A stretch of DNA of 64,000 nt from Ruminococcaceae bacterium UBA7212 (GTDB lineage Bacteria; Bacillota; Clostridia; Oscillospirales; Acutalibacteraceae). The stretch is taken from NCBI GenBank assembly GCA_002490525.1, contig DKUE01000037.1, positions 62,014 through 126,013 of the forward strand, written 5' to 3'. Positions 27,592 through 36,495 of this stretch are shown piece by piece. Within the stretch, counting starts at the first letter, position 1, and each line of letters opens with the position of its first letter. Both the position numbers and the translations under genes were made by a program. The notes beneath the pieces were generated by a model, which did not search any database, had not been told where the DNA came from, and worked only from the letters and a program-made list of their open reading frames with translations.

Positions 27592-29070
27592 ATGGAAAAA
27601 CGAAGCATTTACAATGACATTGCCGAACGCACACAAGGCGATATATACGTCGGCGTAGTCGGTCCCGTGCGCACAGGAAAATCCACCTTTATCAAACGCT
27701 TTATGGATACGCTGGTGCTGCCGAACATTGAAGAAGGCGCGATGCATGACCGTGCGGTAGATGAGATGCCGCAGTCCTCGGCAGGGCGCACCATTATGAC
27801 CACCGAGCCGAAATTCATTCCCGAAAACGCCGTTGAAGTGCATCTGCCCGACAACGCATCTTTTTCCGTACGCATGATAGACTGCGTCGGCTATATTGTA
27901 CCAAGCTCACTCGGCTACATTGAAGGGGATAAACCGCGCATGGTTCACACTCCGTGGTTTGACCATGAAATTCCGTTCGATACCGCCGCTGAAATCGGCA
28001 CACAAAAGGTCATCACAGAACATTCTACAATCGGGCTGGTCATTACTACCGACGGCAGTATTTCCGACATTCCGCGTGAAGAATACGAAGAAGCGGAAGC
28101 GCGCGTTATCCGCGAGTTAAAAGAACTCGACAAACCGTTTGTTGTGCTTTTGAACTGTACCTATCCGCAGTCAGACAGCGCGAGACGGCTCGCAGAACAG
28201 CTTTGTGCACAATACGCCGTCCCCGTACTCCCCGTTAACTGCTTAGAGCTGACGGAAAACGATATAAAAGAAATTCTCACACAGGTGCTGTTCGAATTTC
28301 CGATTCGGGAAATTGCAGTAGACTTCCCCTCTTGGCTTGTTTCCTTGCCTGCGGAGCACAAACTGCGCACTGCCGCTTATGCGGCAGTCAGCGCCGCCTC
28401 AGAAAAAATGAATCTTGTGCGCGATGTGGCGATTCTGACAGAAGAATTGAAAGGCTGTGAGTATATCACGGACGCTAAGGTCAGCGCCATGCAATTAGGG
28501 CAAGGCACAGCATGGATTTCAGTCACAATGAACGGGGATTTGTTCTATCAGGTGCTGGCAGAAAAAACGGGTCTGCCCATTGACGGCGAGCAAAGTCTTG
28601 TGACACAGATGTGCGCTTTGGCGGCAATGCAAAAAGAGTATGCAAAACTCAAATGCGCACTTGACGAGGTAGAGGCCACTGGCTACGGCATCGTGATGCC
28701 TTCGATTGATGAACTGACTCTTGACGAACCCGAAATTGTCAAACAGGGCGGGCGTTACGGCGTAAAACTTTCCGCTTCGGCGCCATCGATTCACATGTTG
28801 AAAGCCAACATTCAAACCGAGGTTGCGCCCATTGTCGGCAGCGAAAGCCAATCCGAAGAACTGGTAAAATATCTGCTCAAGGAATTTGAGGAAGACCCAA
28901 CAAAGATTTGGGACTCCAATATTTTCGGTAAATCCCTAAACGAGCTCGTAAACGAGGGCTTGCGCAATAAGCTGTTTCACATGCCGACCGATGCACGCAT
29001 GAAATTGCAGGAAACCTTGGAACGCGTCATCAACGAAGGCTGTAACGGACTGATTTGTATTATTTTGTAA
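27592..29070 (+). CDS. spoIVA: Stage IV sporulation protein A (spore coat basement-layer ATPase)
   Basis: 492 aa from MEKRSIYNDIAERT. Walker A GPVRTGKST. RBS GAGGAGG. Confidence 0.92.
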   Translation: MEKRSIYNDIAERTQGDIYVGVVGPVRTGKSTFIKRFMDTLVLPNIEEGAMHDRAVDEMPQSSAGRTIMTTEPKFIPENAVEVHLPDNASFSVRMIDCVGYIVPSSLGYIEGDKPRMVHTPWFDHEIPFDTAAEIGTQKVITEHSTIGLVITTDGSISDIPREEYEEAEARVIRELKELDKPFVVLLNCTYPQSDSARRLAEQLCAQYAVPVLPVNCLELTENDIKEILTQVLFEFPIREIAVDFPSWLVSLPAEHKLRTAAYAAVSAASEKMNLVRDVAILTEELKGCEYITDAKVSAMQLGQGTAWISVTMNGDLFYQVLAEKTGLPIDGEQSLVTQMCALAAMQKEYAKLKCALDEVEATGYGIVMPSIDELTLDEPEIVKQGGRYGVKLSASAPSIHMLKANIQTEVAPIVGSESQSEELVKYLLKEFEEDPTKIWDSNIFGKSLNELVNEGLRNKLFHMPTDARMKLQETLERVINEGCNGLICIIL

Positions 29071-29088
29071 GAATACATTTTATAAACC

Positions 29089-29121
29089 AAAAGGACGGTT
29101 CACATTGAACCGTCCTTTTTA
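29089..29121 (+). terminator. Rho-independent terminator
   Basis: GGACGGTTCA / TGAACCGTCC perfect stem, 3-nt loop, TTTTT. Confidence 0.7.
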
Positions 29122-29147
29122 TGTGAATGGCTTTTGGAAAATTGAAC

Positions 29148-29184
29148 GAAACAACACAGAGGTCGTTCTCTACTCAGAATGGCA
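29148..29184 (-). repeat. REP-like element, family A, internally deleted mini copy
   Basis: GAAACAAC-ACAGAG-GTCGTTCT-CTAC is joined directly to TCAGAATGGCA (the two ends of the long copies). Confidence 0.55.
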
Positions 29185-29198
29185 GGCGTTCAAAAAGC

Positions 29199-29513
29199 TC
29201 ACACAAGATCCGTATAGCGCTCCACTTTCATTTTTAAGCCGTACTTTTTGCGAAGCCGAGCAATTTCTGACATCATTTCCGACTTATGGTGCAGGTCAAT
29301 TGCCTCTTGATTTTTCCAGCGATCTATCAGCAATACGGATTCTTTGTCTTCCATAGGGAAAAAATATTCGTACCGCTCATTGCCTGCTTCGGCGCGTATT
29401 TTCTCCACAAGCCCCGAAGACAGCATCTCTTCTGCGAAGGCTTGTGCACTTCCGCCGCGCCCTGTATACAAAATATGAACCGTAATGTTCAAAATATCAC
29501 ATCCCTTATCCAT
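29199..29513 (-). CDS. Antibiotic-biosynthesis-monooxygenase (ABM/Dabb) family protein
   Basis: About 100 aa ferredoxin-like domain (LLIDRWKNQEAIDLHHKS). Start uncertain. Confidence 0.6.
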   Translation of the reverse strand: MDKGCDILNITVHILYTGRGGSAQAFAEEMLSSGLVEKIRAEAGNERYEYFFPMEDKESVLLIDRWKNQEAIDLHHKSEMMSEIARLRKKYGLKMKVERYTDLV

Positions 29514-30495
29514 GTGTAAAATCTGAATAAAGAATATCCGTTGTGTTTTGCCCCTGCCCATCGATGGTTGTCACAGCCATCAGACTTAATTTGAGCGATA
29601 AATCGTTCACAAAGTGCAGACGGATAGACGCAATGCCATTGTCGGACAGTGTAACGGTCAATAAAATATCAGATACACGGCTGTTCAAGTCACGGATGCT
29701 CATCTGTGTACCGACCTGTTCTTTCAGCGCCTGACTGATTTCGGCTTTGGTCGGAAATGCAGAAGTTACCTTAGAGAGCGTCTGCGTACCGCCTTTTTGC
29801 GGATTTTTACAGTCCTTCAAACGAAGGTACAGAACATTTCCCTCTTGTCGGTAGTCTGCAATATCCGCTTCCGTTACGGTAAACGCCTGTAAATCATAAC
29901 GTCCGACAGGCAGCTTTTCCCCTGTATGCACAGTATATTGCTGTTCACCGACGCCTAAGAAGCTGCCAACGACGGTATTCAAGCTTGCATTTGGGTCCAC
30001 GTTCTGAATAATTTGATTCAAAACCCCTGTAGAACCGCCTACATCCACATCTTTGGTGATTTTGCATGCACCGCTGACAGTATAGCCGCCTTTCGATGCC
30101 TGCTTTGTATATGCGCACAGCAATTCCGCCGCCTGCGCCTTGGAATAGGTCGGTACGCCGAGTGCCGACCGCTCGCCTGTGACAGTGTTCAGCACGATAT
30201 AACCACGCGAACCGGATGCCATCTGCAAAATATAGCGCGCATCGGTCGCTGTCAATTTGCCGTCGCCGTTGCAGTCAAACACCTGCAAATCCGCCGCGCG
30301 GTAAGTCCGCACACCCGATGCCGCCTGTAAAGCCCAGCGCGCGTCCACCGCAGTAATCTTACCGTTGCCATCCAAATCGCCGACCAAACAACGGTTTTCG
30401 GGCAGCGCCTCAGCGGCAAAGGCAGACACCCCGCCGCAGGACAAAATTCCCAACATCATAACCACAGTCAGCAATAAAGCAATATATTTTTTCAT
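29506..30495 (-). CDS. Secreted dockerin-containing protein with an uncharacterised C-terminal domain
   Basis: Signal peptide, then two dockerin Ca-binding repeats (GDLDGNGKITAVDA, DCNGDGKLTATDA). Confidence 0.75.
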   Translation of the reverse strand: MKKYIALLLTVVMMLGILSCGGVSAFAAEALPENRCLVGDLDGNGKITAVDARWALQAASGVRTYRAADLQVFDCNGDGKLTATDARYILQMASGSRGYIVLNTVTGERSALGVPTYSKAQAAELLCAYTKQASKGGYTVSGACKITKDVDVGGSTGVLNQIIQNVDPNASLNTVVGSFLGVGEQQYTVHTGEKLPVGRYDLQAFTVTEADIADYRQEGNVLYLRLKDCKNPQKGGTQTLSKVTSAFPTKAEISQALKEQVGTQMSIRDLNSRVSDILLTVTLSDNGIASIRLHFVNDLSLKLSLMAVTTIDGQGQNTTDILYSDFTHG

Positions 30496-30548
30496 ACATC
30501 CGCCTCCTTGTATATTTTATATTATTTTCAAAAGATTCCCTCAAAAAA

Positions 30549-30577
30549 ATTGTATCTTTTTTCCTGCGATTTGTCAA
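30549..30577 (-). promoter_or_regulatory. Putative promoter of the dockerin protein gene
   Basis: Minus strand TTGACA, 17 nt, TACAAT. Confidence 0.45.
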
Positions 30578-30627
30578 GTACTATAACGCCACATCAATAA
30601 ACCACCCCACAACAAAATAAAACTTAT

Positions 30628-30669
30628 CCAAAAACAGCCTTTCAGGTGCAACACCCTGAAAGGCTGTTC
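30628..30669 (-). terminator. Rho-independent terminator after the EEP gene
   Basis: AACAGCCTTTCAGG / CCTGAAAGGCTGTT 14-bp stem, T-run on the minus strand. Confidence 0.65.
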
Positions 30670-30670
30670 A

Positions 30671-31618
30671 CTATTCTAAAGAAATATCCGCGAAAATCGG
30701 ATAATGGTCGGACATATCCTGTAAAAACGGTTCGGAGCACACACGGAACGCAAGGATTTCAGCATCGCCGTCCATAAAAATATGGTCCCACGATGGATAC
30801 TCCCAGTCTTCCATTGAACCTGCGGATTGCATGCTTGCGAGAAATTTTGTATCCCGCAGGCGTTCGGCAAATATATCATAAATACCCGCGGCGGCAAAAA
30901 CGCCTTTTTCACTGTCATTTTCCATTGCGTTGTAATCGCCCGTGCAAAATACAGGACAGCCGTATTTTGCACGCAAGTCGTCAAGCAATGTAAAAAATTC
31001 CTCAGCTTGCCCGCGCATAACCGCAAACTCCGCTTCTTCTTTGCCTTCCCGAATCAAATCGAGATGTGTCGAGGTTGCAACAAACCGCTGTCCGTCCGCC
31101 AGAGTTTCAAACACACCCCAAGTGACAGCACGGTGCTTGGTGCCGTCCCCTTCCGAATAAGCCATCCGTCCGCTGTCTATGCACCGCAATGTTTCCGTAT
31201 TATAAAGCAGTGTGGTAAGGCTTTTTTCCACTATGTTATTTTGCGGATGCACAATTTTGTACTGCGGCAGATTTGCCTTTAAGCAAGCATGCCAATCCCC
31301 GCACACCTCCTGTGCACCAATCACATCGGGCGCGGTCTTGGTCACAAATTCCACAAACTGTTTGGCACGGGGCTTCACGGGCTCGCCACCCCAGCTTTTG
31401 TAGCTAACCAACAGATTTGCGCTCATAATACGGATGTCTGCATCCTCCGCCCGCTGTATGCCGTCAAAACCGGCCAATTCGGAAGAAAACCCTTCCGGCA
31501 ACGGCGTATGCGACAAGTTCCCGCGTAAAAAAAGTCCTGTCGGCACAGCAATCGCCGCCGCAAGCAAAATTGCCGCCGATGCTATCACAGCTTTTTTCAA
31601 ATTTCTCTGCTTTGCCAT
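30671..31618 (-). CDS. Endonuclease/exonuclease/phosphatase (EEP) family protein, N-terminal membrane anchor
   Basis: IMSANLL..., GDYN and C-terminal SDHYPIFADI motifs of the EEP fold. Confidence 0.8.
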   Translation of the reverse strand: MAKQRNLKKAVIASAAILLAAAIAVPTGLFLRGNLSHTPLPEGFSSELAGFDGIQRAEDADIRIMSANLLVSYKSWGGEPVKPRAKQFVEFVTKTAPDVIGAQEVCGDWHACLKANLPQYKIVHPQNNIVEKSLTTLLYNTETLRCIDSGRMAYSEGDGTKHRAVTWGVFETLADGQRFVATSTHLDLIREGKEEAEFAVMRGQAEEFFTLLDDLRAKYGCPVFCTGDYNAMENDSEKGVFAAAGIYDIFAERLRDTKFLASMQSAGSMEDWEYPSWDHIFMDGDAEILAFRVCSEPFLQDMSDHYPIFADISLE

Positions 31619-31629
31619 TAAACATCACC

Positions 31630-31998
31630 CTACTTATATCTTTCCATATGCCGGCACAGTGCCGTAAAAGTTTCGTCGCTGATATCGTGCTCTATTTTGC
31701 ACGCATCCGCCGCCGCAATTTCGGATGGTACGCCTAAGGCTGTCAGCACCTCTGTCAATACCGTGTGGCGTGTATAAATCTTTTCCGCAATTTTCCGCCC
31801 TGTACCGGTCAGACAGATATGCCCGTCCGTATCCACGGTAATCAAACCGCCGTTTTTCAAAAGCCCAACCGCACGGCTGACACTCGGCTTGCTGAAATGC
31901 ATATATTCCCCGATATCTATAGCGCGCACAGACGGTTTCTCTTTTGACAAAATCAAAATGGTTTCGAGATACATCTCGCCTGACTCCTGTAAATGCAT
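31630..31998 (-). CDS. DtxR/MntR-family metal-dependent transcriptional regulator
   Basis: ESGEMYLETILIL...SVSRAVGLLKNGGLI (wHTH) plus a dimerisation domain. Start at MHLQ after GGAGG. Confidence 0.85.
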   Translation of the reverse strand: MHLQESGEMYLETILILSKEKPSVRAIDIGEYMHFSKPSVSRAVGLLKNGGLITVDTDGHICLTGTGRKIAEKIYTRHTVLTEVLTALGVPSEIAAADACKIEHDISDETFTALCRHMERYK

Positions 31999-32199
31999 AA
32001 CAGCACCTCCTACAGCAAAAGTATACCATACTCCCCTGCGCAAAGCAATCTAAATGGCATATATCCTGCACAAAATTCCATGCTCTGAATTGAATTTTGC
32101 GGCCGTGCGGAAATTTGTGCAACACGCTCTTTCAGTTTGCTCTTGCTAACCATGTTTTTAAGTATTTTGCCAAAAATAGGGAATTACTTCAAAAATGTA

Positions 32200-32228
32200 T
32201 TGACTTTCACTGATAAACGGCGTATTCT
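32200..32228 (+). promoter_or_regulatory. Putative feo operon promoter
   Basis: TTGACT, 17 nt, TATTCT. Confidence 0.45.
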
Positions 32229-32234
32229 AATAGC

Positions 32235-32252
32235 GGTTAGCGGGCGCTAACC
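32235..32252. promoter_or_regulatory. DtxR-type operator candidate 1
   Basis: GGTTAGC-GGGC-GCTAACC perfect 7-4-7 palindrome just downstream of the -10. Confidence 0.45.
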
Positions 32253-32268
32253 AATTAATTCGGTATAT

Positions 32269-32286
32269 AGTTAGTCTGAGCTAACT
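32269..32286. promoter_or_regulatory. DtxR-type operator candidate 2
   Basis: AGTTAGT-CTGA-GCTAACT (one mismatch), 17 nt after site 1. Confidence 0.4.
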
Positions 32287-32308
32287 GTCATGAAAGGAAG
32301 TCAGATAT

Positions 32309-32521
32309 ATGATGCCTTTAACACTCGCAACCCGTGGAGAAGAACATATTATCCGCCGTGTCAGCGGCAGTCCCGCGCTTAAAAAGCATTTGGAAAATCT
32401 CGGCTTTGCCGCCGGTGGCAATGTCACGGTCGTTTCGGTAAACGGCGGTAATTTGATTGTCAATGTCAAGGGCGCACGTATCGCAGTCAGCCATGAAACA
32501 GCCAATAAAATTTTTATATAA
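32309..32521 (+). CDS. feoA: FeoA family protein
   Basis: 70 aa SH3-like FeoA (MPLTLATRGEEHIIRRVSG...). Confidence 0.85.
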   Translation: MMPLTLATRGEEHIIRRVSGSPALKKHLENLGFAAGGNVTVVSVNGGNLIVNVKGARIAVSHETANKIFI

Positions 32522-32535
32522 AGGAGCAGTTATTT

Positions 32536-32757
32536 ATGAAAACACTCAAAACAGCATCGGTCGGTACGGCTTGCAAAGTCGTAAAACTGCACGGTGCGGG
32601 CGCGGTTAAGCGCCGCATTATGGATATGGGTATCACCAAAGGCGTAAACATCCATGTGCGCAAAATCGCCCCGCTCGGCGACCCGATAGAAGTGACGGTG
32701 CGCGGCTACGAGTTGTCACTCCGCAAGGCGGATGCGGAGATGATTGAAGTAGAATAA
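32536..32757 (+). CDS. feoA: FeoA family protein (second copy)
   Basis: 73 aa. VVKLHGAGAVKRRIMDMGITKG. Confidence 0.85.
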   Translation: MKTLKTASVGTACKVVKLHGAGAVKRRIMDMGITKGVNIHVRKIAPLGDPIEVTVRGYELSLRKADAEMIEVE

Positions 32758-32782
32758 ATTCCGTCTTTTTATTTTTGCCGGC

Positions 32783-32800
32783 AGTTAGCAATAACTAACC
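32783..32800. promoter_or_regulatory. DtxR-type operator candidate 3 (between feoA2 and feoB)
   Basis: AGTTAGC-AATA-ACTAACC, imperfect palindrome with the same GTTAG/CTAAC half-sites. Confidence 0.3.
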
Positions 32801-32829
32801 GCAAATGCATAAACGAAAGGAAGAGTGAA

Positions 32830-35223
32830 ATGGAAATACGCATCGCGCTTGCAGGCAATCCAAACAGCGGCAAAACGACTTTGTTTAACGCACTGACAGG
32901 CTCCAACCAATTTGTCGGCAACTGGCCCGGCGTAACTGTAGAAAAAAAGGAGGGCAGACTCAAAAAGCACAACAATGTAATCATTGCCGATTTACCGGGC
33001 GTCTATTCCCTTTCCCCGTATACCTTGGAGGAGGTAGTCGCGCGCAATTATCTTTTAGAGGAACGCCCAAATGCAATTTTAAATATTGTGGACGGCACAA
33101 ATTTAGAACGCAACCTTTATTTGACCACACAGCTTACCGAATTAGGCATTCCCGTGGTCGTTGCCGTCAACATGATGGATGTTGTAAAGAAAAACGGCGA
33201 CAAAATCCATATTTCAGAGCTTTCCCGCATGCTCGGTTGTAAGGTTGTGGAAATTTCCGCATTAAAGGGTACAGGCGTACAGGAAGTCGCAGAAGCCGCA
33301 ATGGCAGCTGCAAAAGGTACGGCAGCCGTTCCACAGCACAGCTTTTCGGGTACGGTGGAGCACGCGCTCGCACATATTGAAGAAGCCGCGGTACACGACA
33401 TGCCTGCCGAACAGCAAAGATGGTATGCAATTAAGATTTTTGAGCGTGACGAAAAGGTACTTGCCCGTTTAAATCCGGATAAAGCCCTGCTTGCGCACAT
33501 TGAAACAGACATTGCCGATGCGGAGAAAGAACTGGACGATGATGCGGAAAGCATCATCACAAACGAACGGTACATATACATTGCCTCGATTATAAAAGGC
33601 TGTTACCAAAAGAAGCACGCAGGACAAATGACTACCTCGGATAAAATTGACCGCATCGTCACCAACCGCGTTTTGGCATTACCGATTTTTGCGGTTGTGA
33701 TGTTCATTGTCTATTTTGTATCTGTCACCACGGTCGGCACTTGGGCTACAGACCGGGCAAACGATGGTGTGTTCGGCGACGGCTGGCATATAACCGGCGG
33801 CGCGGCTTATGAAGAAGCGGTCAAAGCATATGCAGAACCCGCCGCAATTATCGAAGCCTTTGAAGCGGCGGCAGAGGAAGCAGACCTCACCCCTGCGGAT
33901 GCATTCTCTGTAACAGCAACCGCGTATTTGTATGACGAAGACGGCAATGCGGAAGGAGAAATTCCCGTTGATTTCTCCGCATACACCGAAGCCGCCGCTG
34001 CAGAAAAACCCGCGCCTGAGGACTTCGGCATTTGGGTGCCGGGTATCCCTGTACTCATCGGCAACAGCTTAGAAGAAATTCACTGCGCCGAATGGCTGCA
34101 AAGCTTAATTTTAGACGGCATTGTCGGCGGCGTGGGCGCGGTGCTCGGTTTCGTGCCGCAAATGCTCGTGCTGTTTATCTTTCTTGCATTCTTAGAATCC
34201 TGCGGGTATATGGCGCGTGTGGCGTTTGTGATGGACAGATTCTTCCGCAAGTTCGGACTTTCGGGCAAATCGTTCATCCCAATGCTCATCGGCACGGGCT
34301 GCGGCGTGCCCGGCATTATGGCTTCCCGTACCATTGAAAACGAACGCGACCGCCGTATGACGATTATGACGACTACCTTTATCCCCTGCAGCGCAAAGCT
34401 GCCGATTATTGCACTGATTGCGGGCGCACTGTTTGGCGGCGCATGGTGGGTTGCACCGAGTGCGTACTTTGTCGGCATTACCGCGATTATTCTGTCGGGC
34501 ATTATGCTGAAAAAGACAAAACTTTTCTCCGGTGACCCTGCGCCGTTTGTAATGGAACTGCCCGCTTACCATCTGCCGACAGTCGGCAACATCCTACGTT
34601 CCATGTGGGAACGCGCATGGTCGTTCATAAAAAAAGCAGGCACCGTTATTTTACTCTCCTCTGTCATTTTGTGGTTCTTGCAGGGCTTCGGTACGGAGAA
34701 CGGCTCGTTCGGTATGGTTGAAGATATCAACAGTTCTATTCTTGCGGTCATCGGCAGTGCAATTGCATGGATTTTCACACCTTTGGGCTTCGGCAACTGG
34801 CAGAGCGCCGTAGCCGCCATCACAGGTCTGATTGCCAAAGAAAACGTGGTCAGCACCTTCGGCGTGCTGTTCGGCGGGTTTGACGAGGTTGCGGAAAACG
34901 GCTGGCAGATTTGGAGCAATGTGCGCGAAGTCTTCTCTCCGCTCGCGGCGTATTCTTTCTTGGTATTCAACCTGCTTTGTGCGCCGTGCTTTGCGGCAAT
35001 GGGTGCAATCCGCCGCGAAATGCACAACGGCAAATGGACGGCATTTGCGATAGGCTATCAATGTCTGTTCGCCTATGCGGTAAGCCTGGTCATTTATCAG
35101 CTCGGCATGCTTTTCACAGGCGCAGGCAATGTGTTCGGCGTGACTGTTGCTTTTCTGATTGTCGCATTCTTCATCTTTATGCTGGTTCGTCCCGAAAAGA
35201 ACAAATCCCCTCTAAAAAAGTAA
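32830..35223 (+). CDS. feoB: Ferrous iron transporter FeoB
   Basis: 797 aa. N-terminal G-domain GNPNSGKTTLFN and DLPG, then a polytopic membrane domain. Confidence 0.95.
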   Translation: MEIRIALAGNPNSGKTTLFNALTGSNQFVGNWPGVTVEKKEGRLKKHNNVIIADLPGVYSLSPYTLEEVVARNYLLEERPNAILNIVDGTNLERNLYLTTQLTELGIPVVVAVNMMDVVKKNGDKIHISELSRMLGCKVVEISALKGTGVQEVAEAAMAAAKGTAAVPQHSFSGTVEHALAHIEEAAVHDMPAEQQRWYAIKIFERDEKVLARLNPDKALLAHIETDIADAEKELDDDAESIITNERYIYIASIIKGCYQKKHAGQMTTSDKIDRIVTNRVLALPIFAVVMFIVYFVSVTTVGTWATDRANDGVFGDGWHITGGAAYEEAVKAYAEPAAIIEAFEAAAEEADLTPADAFSVTATAYLYDEDGNAEGEIPVDFSAYTEAAAAEKPAPEDFGIWVPGIPVLIGNSLEEIHCAEWLQSLILDGIVGGVGAVLGFVPQMLVLFIFLAFLESCGYMARVAFVMDRFFRKFGLSGKSFIPMLIGTGCGVPGIMASRTIENERDRRMTIMTTTFIPCSAKLPIIALIAGALFGGAWWVAPSAYFVGITAIILSGIMLKKTKLFSGDPAPFVMELPAYHLPTVGNILRSMWERAWSFIKKAGTVILLSSVILWFLQGFGTENGSFGMVEDINSSILAVIGSAIAWIFTPLGFGNWQSAVAAITGLIAKENVVSTFGVLFGGFDEVAENGWQIWSNVREVFSPLAAYSFLVFNLLCAPCFAAMGAIRREMHNGKWTAFAIGYQCLFAYAVSLVIYQLGMLFTGAGNVFGVTVAFLIVAFFIFMLVRPEKNKSPLKK

Positions 35224-35238
35224 CAAGGAGTGTTTAAA

Positions 35239-35415
35239 ATGCTTGCATTTCTGCAAAATAATCTTGCAAATATTCTCATTCTTCTCGCGCTCGCGGCGGT
35301 TGTGTTTCTGATTGTGCTTTCCATGCGAAAAAATAAAAAGGAAGGCAAATCCGCCTGCGGCTGTGGCTGTTCGTCCTGCCCGATGTCGCGTGAATGTCAC
35401 AGCGCGAAGAAATAA
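35239..35415 (+). CDS. FeoB-associated Cys-rich small membrane protein
   Basis: One TM helix followed by CGCGCSSCP. ATG lies 8 nt after AAGGAG. Confidence 0.6.
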   Translation: MLAFLQNNLANILILLALAAVVFLIVLSMRKNKKEGKSACGCGCSSCPMSRECHSAKK

Positions 35416-35524
35416 AGCGTATTCGTATTTCGATATGCCTTAGGAAATACCGTGTTCTATACAATCCTCCCCTTGAAAAGAAACGCCTTGTCAAATGATG
35501 AGGTGTTGTAGAGAAGAGAAAGTT

Positions 35525-35565
35525 AAAAACCGATGCAGAGTCCGGTGACCCCGCATCGGTTTTTA
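35525..35565 (+). terminator. Rho-independent terminator of the feo operon
   Basis: ACCGATGC / GCATCGGT stem flanked by AAAA and TTTT. Confidence 0.65.
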
Positions 35566-35742
35566 CTGTATATTTATCTTCTGAAAGTATAGAATCCACT
35601 ATAACACTTTCGAACAGCGTCCACAAAGATACCATATAGGAGATTATAAATACTTACTGCGCTGAGTTGATGCAAATCAACGTATCATTGACAACAGATT
35701 CAGTTTATATTCTGTTTGAAAATTTCAATTAAAGATATAGTT

Positions 35743-36377
35743 TCATTTACCAGGATACTGAAAACTTTCATATATGCTAAGAACCGTCTTTCCAAAATTT
35801 GCGCCGAATTCCTCGTTATCTTCGTCATCAAGTAAATAAGAAAAATCACTTTTAGGTTTTCCAACGCGGCTATCTGCAAAATCAAGAATTCCGCACACCA
35901 CATTTTTATCATTAAACAATATGTGGTTAAGGCTGAAGTCACCGTGCAGCAAAACCAAATTTTTTCTTTTGATGGGCAAAATATTTTTTGGTTATGCAGA
36001 CAATACAAGAAATTTGCTATGATTTCTGCATTTTGAAAAAGAGTTCTTTCATCCGGCATCAGGAACTCTGCTTTAGATAATTTTTTGCCGTACAATCGTT
36101 TGGAAGCAAAGTACACGAACTCTTCGTGACCGACAGAAAAGGTATTATTAAAAATAACATTCGGAATGTCTAACGGCACTTTTTGCTCCAAGCCTTGCAA
36201 TACCTGCATTTCGACTTTTAAGCATTTGCTTGCTTTGCGGTGCTTTGGGAGCTTCACAACCATTTCATTATTAATGCAAAAAGCTTCGGAGTGATTTCCG
36301 CATCCAATAAACTCTATGGATCTTACTTGAATTGACTTTGAGATTATATTTCTTGCGCGCTCTATAGAATACTTCAT
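35743..36377 (-). pseudogene. APH(2'')-like aminoglycoside phosphotransferase relic (frameshifted, apparently shortened)
   Basis: The N-terminal frame (IGCGNHSEAF...) and the downstream frame (LLHGDFSLNHILF, ILDFADSRVG, YLLDDEDNEEFGANFG) are joined only by adding 1 nt in an A6 run near 35981-35986. Confidence 0.65.
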
Positions 36378-36495
36378 TTGTCAGCTCTTGTCCATTATAA
36401 AAATATGAACTGTGAAAAAGCGTCTTCCTATCATTAAATGAAGACTTCGTTATTGTACCTTGTCAAAGCGACAGGCGTTTCTTTGCATTTGCGTA

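Noticed and set aside
35700-36377. The 225-aa ORF offered by the track as an intact CDS.
   Set aside because: Only its first ~131 aa look like a kinase. After the A6 run the frame encodes hydrophobic nonsense, while the overlapping frame carries the HGDxxxxN and DFxD catalytic motifs. It is therefore treated as a frameshifted pseudogene (35743-36377).
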